A DNA stretch of 64,000 bases from an uncultured delta proteobacterium (lineage in GTDB: Bacteria; Desulfobacterota; RBG-13-43-22): the NCBI GenBank assembly GCA_963743305.1, contig CAVUPH010000007.1, positions 128,001 through 192,000 of the forward strand, given 5' to 3'. Each line of letters opens with the position of its first letter. Position 1 is the first letter of the stretch. The translations under genes were made by a program, and so were the position numbers. This document shows positions 1 through 9,370 of this stretch, piece after piece. The notes beneath the pieces are model-generated. The model ran no database searches and was not told the origin of the DNA. It saw only the letters and a list, made by a program, of their open reading frames with translations.

Positions 1-329
1 CAAGCTCAGGGCGAACGGTTGTAGGGCCGTTTGTCAAGGTTATTTGTTTACAGATCCTTAGAGCCGTATCATTATGAGCTAAGTCAAAAGGCATTTCTCA
101 CGGTTTCGGGGTCAAAATGGGCGCTGTAAGGCTGTTGAAGATCCCGAACCTGCTGCTGTTCACCATCCTCGATGATCGAACGGCCGATGGCCAAGGCCCC
201 TAAATCATCCCGGATTTCTTTTGAATTTGAATTTCGTTATATCCTGGGTAGAGCCATTCCTGAGGGTGAGCCACAACTCCCCCCGGACCATGTTCAAGTC
301 GATATAAACCGCGTCAGCCAGCCTCAGGA

Positions 330-1568
330 TTACGGCTTGTAAGCCTTGATCCGATCGATGACGTTCTGCTCGATATTGCGGTAGAAAAAAGCATAGTCAT
401 AGCCGTGATACCAACCCGGCAACGTATTGTAGGGCGGGAAAAAATTTTGGTAGTTCGCCGGAGCAGGCAGCGCGGCCGGGTCGATCACCAAGGCTCCATT
501 ATTGCTTTGTGCTCCGGTGTAATTGTTCACCTCATAGGTGTAGCTGCCGTCCGGCTGCGGCTTGAAAATTGCGGGGTCTGCTCCTGGCAACGAACCCTTG
601 TAGAAGACTGCCCCCAAATTCGCCGCCGCCGGTGTGGCCGTCGACTCGCTGGCGCCGGGGTCAGTGGCAACCCAGGTCAGGGGGTTCACACTGTAAGCGT
701 TCTTTCTCACCAATTCCATCTTCCCCCGCGAACCGGCTGGAACCATCGACCAATCCCCCGGAGTTTGCTGGGTGTTATAGGTGACAATGCAGCCGGTCTG
801 AGCCTTGTCGCGGCAAATGCCGACCAAGGCTAACGAGTTGGGGAAACTATTCATGTCATCCGAGGTTACGGACCAACCGATCACATAGGCAGCCACCAGC
901 AGTTTCCGCAGCGCCGGGTCCTGGAACTTGTTTTCCAGCAAAGAGAGCAACATGTTGGCTCCCTGGCTATGACCGGCCAGAATGAACGGACGCGCCTTGC
1001 CATTTGCAGCTTTGTTGTAGTGAGCCAGGTAGTAATCGAAGGCGTTCGACACATCCGCATAGGCAACTTGCAACGCTTGGTTGGCGGTGTCGGCAAACTG
1101 CGGGGTGTTTTGCCACAAGACAGCGTTCAGAACGTCGAACCCCGAGGACTGCCGGTAGTAGGGTATGTAAACGTTGGTACCAGCCTTCGCAAAGACCCCG
1201 ATCTTAGAAGCGACTTGCCATTTAATGCTGGGATCAACGTAGGCTTGGGCCAGCGACTGGTTCCATCCCGGGCTCCAAGTTGAAGTCAAAGGAGGCTGCG
1301 ACTTGCTGTCGTAGTTGTACGTAGTCGGATAGACGAAGAAGACATCCACGGTTTGTGAACCAGTCGGGAGGGCCAGCCAATTTTGCGTTTGGGCATAATC
1401 GGTGGGGACTGCGGCGGGAGCGGGATTCTCTCCACCCATACCGTAGGCAGCCAATGGCGACATGAGCGACAAGGCAAACACAAAACCCAAGATTTGAAAA
1501 AACTGAAGCCGAGGCTTCGTATTGCCATTCATTACGACATCCTTCTCGTTCCTGACCTTGTCCGTCAT
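330..1568 (-). CDS. DUF3089-family secreted alpha/beta hydrolase
   Basis: 412 aa. Hydrophobic signal-like segment, DVFFVYPT motif, GHSQG nucleophile elbow, VNPLTW, C-terminal YHGYDY. Confidence 0.8.
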   Translation of the reverse strand: MTDKVRNEKDVVMNGNTKPRLQFFQILGFVFALSLMSPLAAYGMGGENPAPAAVPTDYAQTQNWLALPTGSQTVDVFFVYPTTYNYDSKSQPPLTSTWSPGWNQSLAQAYVDPSIKWQVASKIGVFAKAGTNVYIPYYRQSSGFDVLNAVLWQNTPQFADTANQALQVAYADVSNAFDYYLAHYNKAANGKARPFILAGHSQGANMLLSLLENKFQDPALRKLLVAAYVIGWSVTSDDMNSFPNSLALVGICRDKAQTGCIVTYNTQQTPGDWSMVPAGSRGKMELVRKNAYSVNPLTWVATDPGASESTATPAAANLGAVFYKGSLPGADPAIFKPQPDGSYTYEVNNYTGAQSNNGALVIDPAALPAPANYQNFFPPYNTLPGWYHGYDYAFFYRNIEQNVIDRIKAYKP

Positions 1569-1585
1569 AATCCGCTCCCTTTGTT

Positions 1586-1846
1586 ACCCTGAACATTGCA
1601 TAAAAAACAGGGCGGAAAACTATATGGGCTAATATCCATGGGGGTTCCCCGGGAATTTTCTTTCTTATAAGGAATTCACCCGGGGTGAACTATAGTTTTC
1701 ATCAAATTCCGCCCTCTTTTTTACCCTCCGGGAAAGCCGTGTGAGGCCTCAGCTCCTTTGTTGTCAAGGGCTCGCGGTATACGTCTACAGCTTCGCCCTT
1801 GACGCCTCGGATCTGAGGCCTCCTCGGCTTTTGCAACATCCAGGTT
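1586..1846. mobile_element. 261-bp MITE-like structured repeat, copy 1
   Basis: Matches 17262-17522 with 10 substitutions by manual count. Imperfect terminal inverted repeats (ACCCTGAACATTGCA / TGCAACATCCAGGTT) and two long internal hairpins. Confidence 0.8.
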
Positions 1847-1904
1847 AATATGTTTCATGCGGCAGCAAAACCCGCCGGTTGGGTCGGTGTCATGTAACCC
1901 GCAG

Positions 1905-2591
1905 CTACGGCAATTCCGTAAAAAAGCGCTCCCAGCGGGGTTGATAACGATCCAGAATATTCAGGGAGATCACGACGGCCGAGGCGCGGCCGACGATTCG
2001 ATCGCGGGCCACGAAGCCGAAATATCTCGAGTCGGCGCTGTTGTCTCGATTGTCGCCCATCATAAAATAGTGGTCCTCGGGGACGGTCACGGGGCCGAAA
2101 GTTCGCGGGGCCGGCTGTCGAGGGATGATTTGGATCGGATGTTTTCTGCCGGTCAGGTCTTCCAGGACACAGAATTGGTCCGCATCGGACGGCAGCCTCT
2201 GGCCTTGGTCGATCGGTTCGTAGGCGGCCTCCGTGCCGTTGACCAGCAAGTGGTTGTTCCGCAGGGCGATGGAATCCCCCGGAAGACCGATCACCCGTTT
2301 CACCAGCCGTTTACCGTCCTGAGGGGAAAAGAAGACGACGATCTCCCCCCGCCGCGGATTGCTCCATTGGGCGAGGTGCCGGGTGGTGAAGGGGACCTTC
2401 AGGTCGTAGGCCAGCTTGTTCACGAAAATCCGGTCCCCTTCCAGGATCGTAGGATTCATGGACCCGCTGGGCACCACGTTCCAATCGGCAATGGCCGACT
2501 TGAAAGAGCCCGCGACGAGCAGGGCCACCAAAATAGAAAAGATCCAACTTTTCCAGATGAGGGACTCCTTTTTCAGCCAGGTTTGAGACAT
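1905..2591 (-). CDS. lepB: signal peptidase I
   Basis: VPSGSMNPT (catalytic Ser), LVKRVIGLPGD (catalytic Lys), GDNRDNSADSRYFG box E. Confidence 0.95.
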   Translation of the reverse strand: MSQTWLKKESLIWKSWIFSILVALLVAGSFKSAIADWNVVPSGSMNPTILEGDRIFVNKLAYDLKVPFTTRHLAQWSNPRRGEIVVFFSPQDGKRLVKRVIGLPGDSIALRNNHLLVNGTEAAYEPIDQGQRLPSDADQFCVLEDLTGRKHPIQIIPRQPAPRTFGPVTVPEDHYFMMGDNRDNSADSRYFGFVARDRIVGRASAVVISLNILDRYQPRWERFFTELP

Positions 2592-2636
2592 AACGATACT
2601 CCTTGTTTAGGATTTAATATCTATTTCTCGTTTCCG

Positions 2637-3641
2637 CTACTTTTTAGGGGCCTCGACGATTGATACTCCGGTGTCATCTATCTTGAACGTCATTAGGTCT
2701 GCACCCACTACGACGGGACCATCGTAGGTCTTGCGTGTCGCCGCCAGCAGATCTTCCGGTGTGGGGAATGGAATACCCGCCTTCGGAAGGCCGGAGAGTA
2801 CGAGGTGGGAGTAAACGGCCAGCTTGGGCCGGGCGGCAGCGAAAAGCTTCCCGGCGAGTTCCGGCGAGATATGGTGTTCATATATGGCCTTATAAACAGG
2901 ATACTGATTAAAGAGCTTTTCAGGGATCATGGCTACCTCATGGATGAGCAGATCAGCGCCCTGGGCCGCTTTTTCAACGTTGGCACTATAACGGGTATCG
3001 CCCGAAATCACTACCGAGTGGTTTTTGTAGGTGATTTTGAAACCGTAGCAAGGTTTAACGAGATCGCCATGATCTACCTCAAAGGCGGTCACCAGAACAC
3101 CATTCTTTTCATAAACGACACCCGGCTTAAAATCGTGCGCCTCTACTTGGATGCCGGCTAAAGGGTTCTTTTCATCCTCGAGACGAATGCGGCGATCTTC
3201 AGAAAAGGCTTCCCATAGATTTGCCATCATTTTCTCCGTTCCCGGAGGACCATAGATTAAAAAGGGCTTCTTCCGTCCGCCGAAGGCTGTTTGAATCCAT
3301 CCGCTTAGCCATAGATCAGAAAGGCCATTGATATGATCGGAGTGCAGATGGGTAAGGAAATGAGCGTCGATGCTGCCGAGAGGAATCTGTTTCTGCCACA
3401 GACGGATGGTAACGCCTCGCCCCATATCAAAGACGAGTCGTTGTCCCCCGGCTTCAATTAAGGTGCTGTTTCCGAAGCGAATGGGAGAGGGCACCGGCAT
3501 CCCGGTACCCAGCAGGGTGACTGAAAAATCATCTGACGACAGTGCTGGAGCGGAGAGGACGAGGGAAAGGCCGAGTAGACCTATAATCGTCAACCATCTG
3601 GTTCCTCCTGACGTCACTTTAAAAATGCTGCTGAACCTCAT
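2637..3641 (-). CDS. secreted MBL-fold metallohydrolase (RNase Z/AtsA-like)
   Basis: LLGTG, THLHSDH, SGDT, LIHEV motifs; N-terminal signal peptide. Confidence 0.85.
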   Translation of the reverse strand: MRFSSIFKVTSGGTRWLTIIGLLGLSLVLSAPALSSDDFSVTLLGTGMPVPSPIRFGNSTLIEAGGQRLVFDMGRGVTIRLWQKQIPLGSIDAHFLTHLHSDHINGLSDLWLSGWIQTAFGGRKKPFLIYGPPGTEKMMANLWEAFSEDRRIRLEDEKNPLAGIQVEAHDFKPGVVYEKNGVLVTAFEVDHGDLVKPCYGFKITYKNHSVVISGDTRYSANVEKAAQGADLLIHEVAMIPEKLFNQYPVYKAIYEHHISPELAGKLFAAARPKLAVYSHLVLSGLPKAGIPFPTPEDLLAATRKTYDGPVVVGADLMTFKIDDTGVSIVEAPKK

Positions 3642-3697
3642 CGTTTAATACCTCCTTCTTGAAATGAATAGTGTTGCATCTTGGTTGTCCATGGCCT

Positions 3698-3889
3698 TTA
3701 GGCGGCGTTGACGGCCGTGGCGCGGCCGACGATCCGATCGCGGGCCACGAATCCGAAATATCGCGAGTCGGCGTTGTTGTCGCGATTGTCGCCCATCATG
3801 AAATAGTTCCCCTCGGGAATGGTCACCGGGCCGAAAGTCCGCAGTGCCGGCAGCCCGGGGGTAGTCAGGACTGGATGCTTTCTGCCGGG
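3698..3889 (-). pseudogene. lepB: truncated C-terminal fragment of a second signal peptidase I
   Basis: Translates to PGRKHPVLTTPGLPALRTFGPVTIPEGNYFMMGDNRDNNADSRYFGFVARDRIVGRATAVNAA*, collinear with the C-terminal part of the intact lepB. No start codon and no catalytic Ser/Lys region. Confidence 0.9.
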
Positions 3890-4159
3890 CTAATCAAATA
3901 ACTCCGCATGGGTTCCAAGACGGGTCGGCCGGAGTTCAAAATCCGTCAACGTGTATATTAAAAGCAAATCGGGTTCGATATGGCACTCCCGAAAATCCCG
4001 CCAGGTGCCTTTCAATTTGTGATCTTTATAATAATCCGATAGGGGTTGAGGTTTGGATAGAATCTCCAAGGTCGCCTCAACCTTTTTAATGTTCCGACCC
4101 TGCCGGGCCGCCCTTTTGAGGTCTCTCTTGAATTGGGCCGTAGGTCGAATCGGCAGCAT
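3890..4159 (-). CDS. yafQ: YafQ-family mRNA interferase toxin (RelE superfamily)
   Basis: FKRDLK, DHKLKG, RECHIEPDLLLIY, RLGTHAELF. Confidence 0.92.
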   Translation of the reverse strand: MLPIRPTAQFKRDLKRAARQGRNIKKVEATLEILSKPQPLSDYYKDHKLKGTWRDFRECHIEPDLLLIYTLTDFELRPTRLGTHAELFD

Positions 4160-4425
4160 TAAAGCCCCAGATCACTGAATAAATCTTTTACGTTGTCATA
4201 TTTTTCCCCTTTTCCCTTTCGGGCGTCTTCCATCGCCCGGATGGTTTGGGAATTGGGCAGGCGAAGATCAAAAGGGATTCCTTGATGAGCAATGATTTGT
4301 CGATAGAACATTTCCTGGGCCGCCGAAATGGAAATGCCCAGTTCTTTTAAAATGACTTCCGCCCGCATTTTTACCTCCGGGGTCAATCGGGCATGGGTCA
4401 TGGCGGTTTTAGCCATAGACGGCAC
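4159..4425 (-). CDS. dinJ: RelB/DinJ-family antitoxin
   Basis: RHH-type N-terminus, LGISISAA, GIPFDLRLPN. Overlaps the yafQ start by 1 nt. True start may be ATG 4416. Confidence 0.9.
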   Translation of the reverse strand: MPSMAKTAMTHARLTPEVKMRAEVILKELGISISAAQEMFYRQIIAHQGIPFDLRLPNSQTIRAMEDARKGKGEKYDNVKDLFSDLGL

Positions 4426-4593
4426 CTCCTTTTTTGTATACCAAAATGTTATATAAGGACAAACCCAATGTCAAGGCCCTTTAATTCTCCAATTTTAAGT
4501 TGGGGGATCAGGTAAGTTGTAAGTTGAGGGTCGGGCCAGGCTAATCCCGTAATTGTTCAATTTTACTAACAATCTCATAATGGATGTAAGAAT

Positions 4594-6018
4594 CTACAGT
4601 GTGTAGGCAAAAAGATGGGCCCACCATTCTCGGAGACGGTCAAGCCAGGGCCGCTGTTTCCACTTTTCCAGTGAAACCGGTTCCGACTGCTCCAGGTCCT
4701 TGGCAAACAATGCTTCCATTTCCAAGGCGAAATTGCGGCCCAGGATGACGGCGTTTACTTCAAAGTTCTGGGAAAAGCTCAAAAAGTCCAGGTTGGTGGA
4801 CCCGACGGTCGACCAGACGCCATCGATCACCGCGGTTTTGGCGTGCAGGACGGCGTTGCGGAATTCATAGAGCTTCACCCCAGCCTCCAGCAGTTCGTCG
4901 TAATAATACCGGCCGGCGTACCAGGGCAGCTTTTCATCGCTCGTCTTGGGCAGGATGATCTTAACATCGACGCCGCTCCGGGCAGCGTCTCTCAGGGCGC
5001 GTATCATCTGTGAGTCGGGAACGAAATAGGAATTCGTCAGGTGAATGGACCGCTCGGCGAAGGAGATGGCGGAGATATACATGACGAAAGTCGTTCGGCC
5101 CTTTTCACCCGGTGTGGTCGCCAGGACCTGCACCAGTTCCCGGCCCTCTTCCTTCAATTTCGGATAATACTCGCTTTCTGAAAGCGGAGGACCTTGCTGC
5201 TTTTCCCAAGCCCGGAGAAAAATTTTCTGAAACTCGGCCACGGCCGGCCCCTCTACCTGGATGTCCGTGTCGCGCCAGGAGAATTGCGTTTCGTCCTCCG
5301 GTTCACCTCCGGAAAACCGGCTGGAATAAACCTGGCTGATGTTCACCCCTCCGGTAATGGCGATCTTGCCGTCCACGACCAGGATCTTCCGATGATCCCG
5401 CAGGGTCACCCTCCATTTCTTCTTGACCTTGATCGGGTTTACGGGATTGAATTCGACCACATTGATCCCCTTGTCCCGTAAATCCTGAAAAAAAACAGCC
5501 GGAGTGGTCAGGCTGCCCACACTGTCATAGATGAGATTCACCTGGACGCCTTCCGCCTGTTTCCGTATAAAAAGATCGGCCAGCTTGCGGCCCATTTCCT
5601 CATCGTCTTCGAAGATGAAGGTTTCCATATTGACGTGGTGTTTGGCGTCCTGGATCACCTTGAGCATGGCGGCGTAGGTGGCAGGCCCGTCGACCAACAG
5701 TTCGACCCTATTTCCCTTGATGAGGGGGCTTCCGCTCATGGCTTCGTTGACCGCGGCCTGGCGCTCCAGGACATCGGTCGGATCGGCCGAGCGCTTTAGG
5801 CGTTCGATGAGGGCCTCGCCCCGACGAGGAGAGAGCCAGCCGCGGGCCGAAGCGATACGCGGCGGTTTACTGCCGGGAGGGAATGAACTGATAATTTTGG
5901 AGGCATCCGGGAGGGTGGCGCATCCTCCGAAGAAGAGGCCGGATAAGGCAATGAACCCCGGGGAGAAGGCCAGATAATAAAGCAGGAAACGCGGTACAAG
6001 CTTTTTGAGTATTTTCAT
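4594..6018 (-). CDS. cls: cardiolipin synthase (phospholipase D family)
   Basis: Two HKD motifs (HRKILVVD, HAKTAVID). Lipobox-like GGC near the N-terminus. Confidence 0.9.
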   Translation of the reverse strand: MKILKKLVPRFLLYYLAFSPGFIALSGLFFGGCATLPDASKIISSFPPGSKPPRIASARGWLSPRRGEALIERLKRSADPTDVLERQAAVNEAMSGSPLIKGNRVELLVDGPATYAAMLKVIQDAKHHVNMETFIFEDDEEMGRKLADLFIRKQAEGVQVNLIYDSVGSLTTPAVFFQDLRDKGINVVEFNPVNPIKVKKKWRVTLRDHRKILVVDGKIAITGGVNISQVYSSRFSGGEPEDETQFSWRDTDIQVEGPAVAEFQKIFLRAWEKQQGPPLSESEYYPKLKEEGRELVQVLATTPGEKGRTTFVMYISAISFAERSIHLTNSYFVPDSQMIRALRDAARSGVDVKIILPKTSDEKLPWYAGRYYYDELLEAGVKLYEFRNAVLHAKTAVIDGVWSTVGSTNLDFLSFSQNFEVNAVILGRNFALEMEALFAKDLEQSEPVSLEKWKQRPWLDRLREWWAHLFAYTL

Positions 6019-6028
6019 ATTTCCCCAA

Positions 6029-6955
6029 TCATAATTCGGAATCGATTCGGTAGAGGCCTTCTTCCTTGGCCATCCGGACCGCCTCTTGAAACTCCAACCG
6101 GGTGAGGCGGCGGCGCAGGGGAGAGTCCGGAGGGATCAAGTCCCCGCAGGGGCGGTATTGATCCATCAGGTTGACATAGGTGTTTTTTGAAATCTCCGTG
6201 GCCAGAAAATGCATGGCCTCCCGGGTGCCGGCCAGCCCTTCGGGCAGGACCAGGTGCCGGACCAGTAATCCCCGGAGGGCGATCCCTTCCTCGTCCAGGT
6301 CCAGGTCGCCCACCTGGCGATGCATCTCTTTCAAGGCCGCCGTGATCACCTCCGGGTAGTCGGGCGCCTGGGAGTATTGGGCCGCGATGTCCCCCCGCGT
6401 ATACTTGAAGTCCGGCATGTAGATGTCGAAGACCCCATCGAGAAGCCGCAGGGTGTCGACCGAGTCGTAGCCGCCCGTGTTGTAGACCAGGGGCACGGAC
6501 AGACCCTTTTTGACGGCCGGGGGGAGGGCCTTCAGGATCTGGGCGGCAAAATGAGAGGGGCTGACGAAGTTGAGGTTATGGCAGCCGATCTCCTGCAGGT
6601 GAACCATGATCCGACTAAGCTGCTCGAAGGAAACAGCCTGGCCGTCCCCCAGGCGGCTGATCTCGTAGTTCTGGCAAAAGATGCAGCCCAGGTTGCAATG
6701 GGTCATAAAGATCGTGCCCGACCCATAGCGGCCCACCAGCGGTTTTTCTTCCCCCAGGTGCGGGCCGTAGGAGGAGATTTCAGGTAGGCCGCCGGCTCGA
6801 CAGAAACCCTGCTCGCCGGCGGTCCGGTCGGTCCTGCATTTTCTCGGGCAGAGGGTGCATTCTTTGAGGATGGCTTCGGCCTCGGCGATCCGGCCGGGGA
6901 AGAGGCCCTTTTCATAGGTAGTCAGGTAGGCCGCCTGGAAATCCTTTCGTTTCAT
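6029..6955 (-). CDS. PflX-like radical SAM protein
   Basis: CTLCPRKC, CNLGCIFCQNYEIS, YNTGGYD, YMPDFKY, VRHLVLP. Confidence 0.9.
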   Translation of the reverse strand: MKRKDFQAAYLTTYEKGLFPGRIAEAEAILKECTLCPRKCRTDRTAGEQGFCRAGGLPEISSYGPHLGEEKPLVGRYGSGTIFMTHCNLGCIFCQNYEISRLGDGQAVSFEQLSRIMVHLQEIGCHNLNFVSPSHFAAQILKALPPAVKKGLSVPLVYNTGGYDSVDTLRLLDGVFDIYMPDFKYTRGDIAAQYSQAPDYPEVITAALKEMHRQVGDLDLDEEGIALRGLLVRHLVLPEGLAGTREAMHFLATEISKNTYVNLMDQYRPCGDLIPPDSPLRRRLTRLEFQEAVRMAKEEGLYRIDSEL

Positions 6956-7057
6956 AACGGAAAAGTATAGGACAGGAAAATGACCCGATCAAGAGGAAAT
7001 AGCGATAATGAAATCAACCCGGAGCGTAGGGGAAGGAGAGAACCTCCCTTTACCCGA

Positions 7058-7297
7058 TTAGGCCGTCTTATTATAATGTGAAGCGTACCAATCCACTACT
7101 TCTCTAATCATTTTTTGATAGGAAGTTTTATGCTTCTTGGCTTGTTCTTTGAAAAAATCGATGCTCGATTTTTTTAATGAGATGGTGACCTTTAAATTGT
7201 CTTCCTTCAATACCAATTGATCCGGGGGAGGAAGGAAATCGTCCACAACCCGTAATTTTCCTATCGGCCCTTCAGAATATTTTGTTTTCGGTATCAT
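7058..7297 (-). CDS. CopG/BrnA-type antitoxin
   Basis: DDFLPPPDQL, KVTISL, YQKMIR. Overlaps the upstream brnT; ATG 7297 chosen as start. Confidence 0.8.
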   Translation of the reverse strand: MIPKTKYSEGPIGKLRVVDDFLPPPDQLVLKEDNLKVTISLKKSSIDFFKEQAKKHKTSYQKMIREVVDWYASHYNKTA

Positions 7298-7562
7298 AAA
7301 GTTTCTTTCCTTTTCTCCAGTACCCTGCGCCATAGATGCGAATCACATGGCCACGGTAGGTAAACCTGACGGTCAAGATGCCCTCGCCGACCCGTCCCAT
7401 ACAGTAATAGCGGTCTTCTTCGGAGCTATGGGTCACATCTTCTGCGATAACACGATGAGGATCCAGAAACGCCCGCTGAGCTACCGCTAAAGAAATCCCG
7501 TGCTTCGCCTGATTTTCCTTATCCTTTTCCTCATCCCACTCAAAGGTGGCTTTTATCATCAA
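7272..7562 (-). CDS. brnT: BrnT-family ribonuclease toxin
   Basis: FEWDEEKDKENQAKHG, EEDRY, ILTVRFTYR, IRIYGA. Confidence 0.9.
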   Translation of the reverse strand: MMIKATFEWDEEKDKENQAKHGISLAVAQRAFLDPHRVIAEDVTHSSEEDRYYCMGRVGEGILTVRFTYRGHVIRIYGAGYWRKGKKLYDTENKIF

Positions 7563-7983
7563 CGTACATTATCAAGGTTAAGAATAATTTGCAATACAAA
7601 AGTATGTAAAATAATATGGTCATTGCGATTTTCTTTCCATTTGACGACTCCTTCCAGGTCCTTTACTAATTTCCCATAGGCCGAGCGGTTGAGGCCCGCC
7701 GCCTCACGACCCTTCCTATTTATCACCGTTTAAAGGAAAAATATGCCGGTAAGCCTGTTTCGGTACCCAACGGAGGTATTCCACAGGTCGGGGCCCAATG
7801 GTTCGAAGATAGAACTGGCCTTCGAATTCGAAAACCGGAAACGCAAAGGCATCACAGTTATTTATATTCCACCCCATCAAATAGATTGAGCATAGGCGCT
7901 AAGGCGTGCTTCTCATCCTGAACATAGATAAAATGACTGATATGTGGCAAACGAGACGCTCACAGTAGCAAGCTGGAGGGTAT

Positions 7984-9168
7984 ATGGAGTGGCGTAGATA
8001 CTTAAAAAACCAGGATGGAACCCTAACCATACCTGATAATTGGATCTTCATTCACTACTATGAGGCACTATCACTCCTATTTCGAGTTGAGAATGCGTTG
8101 CGAATATTTGTCTATGTAGTGCTTAAGAATGAGTTCGGTGAAAATTGGGACGCCCTCGAAATCTCAAGCGATGAAAACAGTAAGACTTCAATTCAGGCTT
8201 TAGCAAGGCAGCGAATAGAACAAAACAGGGCATTTGGTTATCTCAGTTATCCAATCAACTCCCCTCTTATGCATCTGACGAGCGGAGAATTGGTGAGACT
8301 GGTCATTCACGATTCCTATTGGAAGTATTTCAAACCATATTTCATGGCGGCAAAAAACGTAGTGACTCTAAAGCTCCAAGAAATCGGAAATATCAGAAAT
8401 GCATTAGCGCACTTTAGACCCATCAAGGCGGATGACGTAGAGGTTGTGAAACAGAACGCTAATCAGGTTCTTGCTACCGTTGAGAAGACTTTGGTTGATA
8501 TTGTTCGGTGTGACCAAGGGGTTCCCTCGAACACTGATGATGAATGGTATTCTGCCCTGCGTTCCATTGGTACCCAGCGGGCTAAGTTATCCTTCTCACA
8601 AAGCGTCGACAACAACTGGGTAAGGATTGACATGCGCTATTTTCCACCAATACTATCGCAAAATTCTTGGGCAAAACGGATAAGTTATAAAGTAATTAAC
8701 ATACGCCCGTTGGATGTTCTTAAATCCTATGGCGGTCTCTCAACGTCTGTAATCTTCCTTTCAGAATCGGTGACTTATGTGGCGATGCCCAAGGACTTTA
8801 AACCGAAGTTTCAAAAACGGCTCAGATTCACGTTTAGCAAAAAGACACTAGGTAAAAGACATGCTGAGGTAAGAAGCCAATTCGAGGAATTGCTTAAGCA
8901 AATCGACGAAGAAACGGATTTACTCTCCGAGGATCAACTTGCTCGAGGAAAGCTGCTCAACTCCTGCACGATTTCTGCGACCCAGAGGGACGATGAAGAC
9001 CGTCAGTGGTGGGATTTTGGCTATAGCAATTTGTGGACGCCCGTCCAGGAAGATTACCCTGCTGAGTTTTGGCGGCCCCTGGATGCTTCCAACCCTGACT
9101 TCATCTCGAACACGGAGGAGTACCCGTGGATGCCCGTGCACGTTTCAGAGGCGGAAGTTCCATTTTAG
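7984..9168 (+). CDS. Swt1-like HEPN domain protein with unknown C-terminal domain
   Basis: LFRVENALRIFV helix, GEL..I...W.YF, intact RxxxxH motif (RNALAH). GGAGG RBS. Visibly AT-richer than its neighbours. Confidence 0.75.
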   Translation: MEWRRYLKNQDGTLTIPDNWIFIHYYEALSLLFRVENALRIFVYVVLKNEFGENWDALEISSDENSKTSIQALARQRIEQNRAFGYLSYPINSPLMHLTSGELVRLVIHDSYWKYFKPYFMAAKNVVTLKLQEIGNIRNALAHFRPIKADDVEVVKQNANQVLATVEKTLVDIVRCDQGVPSNTDDEWYSALRSIGTQRAKLSFSQSVDNNWVRIDMRYFPPILSQNSWAKRISYKVINIRPLDVLKSYGGLSTSVIFLSESVTYVAMPKDFKPKFQKRLRFTFSKKTLGKRHAEVRSQFEELLKQIDEETDLLSEDQLARGKLLNSCTISATQRDDEDRQWWDFGYSNLWTPVQEDYPAEFWRPLDASNPDFISNTEEYPWMPVHVSEAEVPF

Positions 9169-9190
9169 CGAATGACAGAATGTAGTGACC

Positions 9191-9246
9191 GTCTAACCCG
9201 TCGTTCAACCTGATCGCAGATGCGTCCGTTCAACTCGGCGTTATTG
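9191..9246 (+). mobile_element. degenerate integron attC-like site
   Basis: GTCTAAC (RYYYAAC), 5-nt spacer, GTTCAAC, short central stem, AACTCGGC-GTT. 56 bp, 22 nt after the HEPN stop codon. Confidence 0.6.
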
Positions 9247-9370
9247 GCCCTGATTTCCATTCGATCACCTCAGGTCTATTTTGAATCCATATTCGTTGGG
9301 CCGTGTTACCGGGTTGCTGCCGCAGCCCTTTCCACGGCTTGATCCTTTATCTTGCTCCTTTCCTAATTGG

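Noticed and set aside
1-18. CAAGCTCAGGGCGAACGG at the window edge resembles the end of a REP-like element
   Set aside because: Truncated by the window, and no partner arm is visible.
7716-7877. 53-aa minus-strand ORF ending ..YRHIFPLNGDK, faintly like a creatininase NGHGGN region
   Set aside because: Too short and degenerate, with no clear RBS; cannot be supported without a search.
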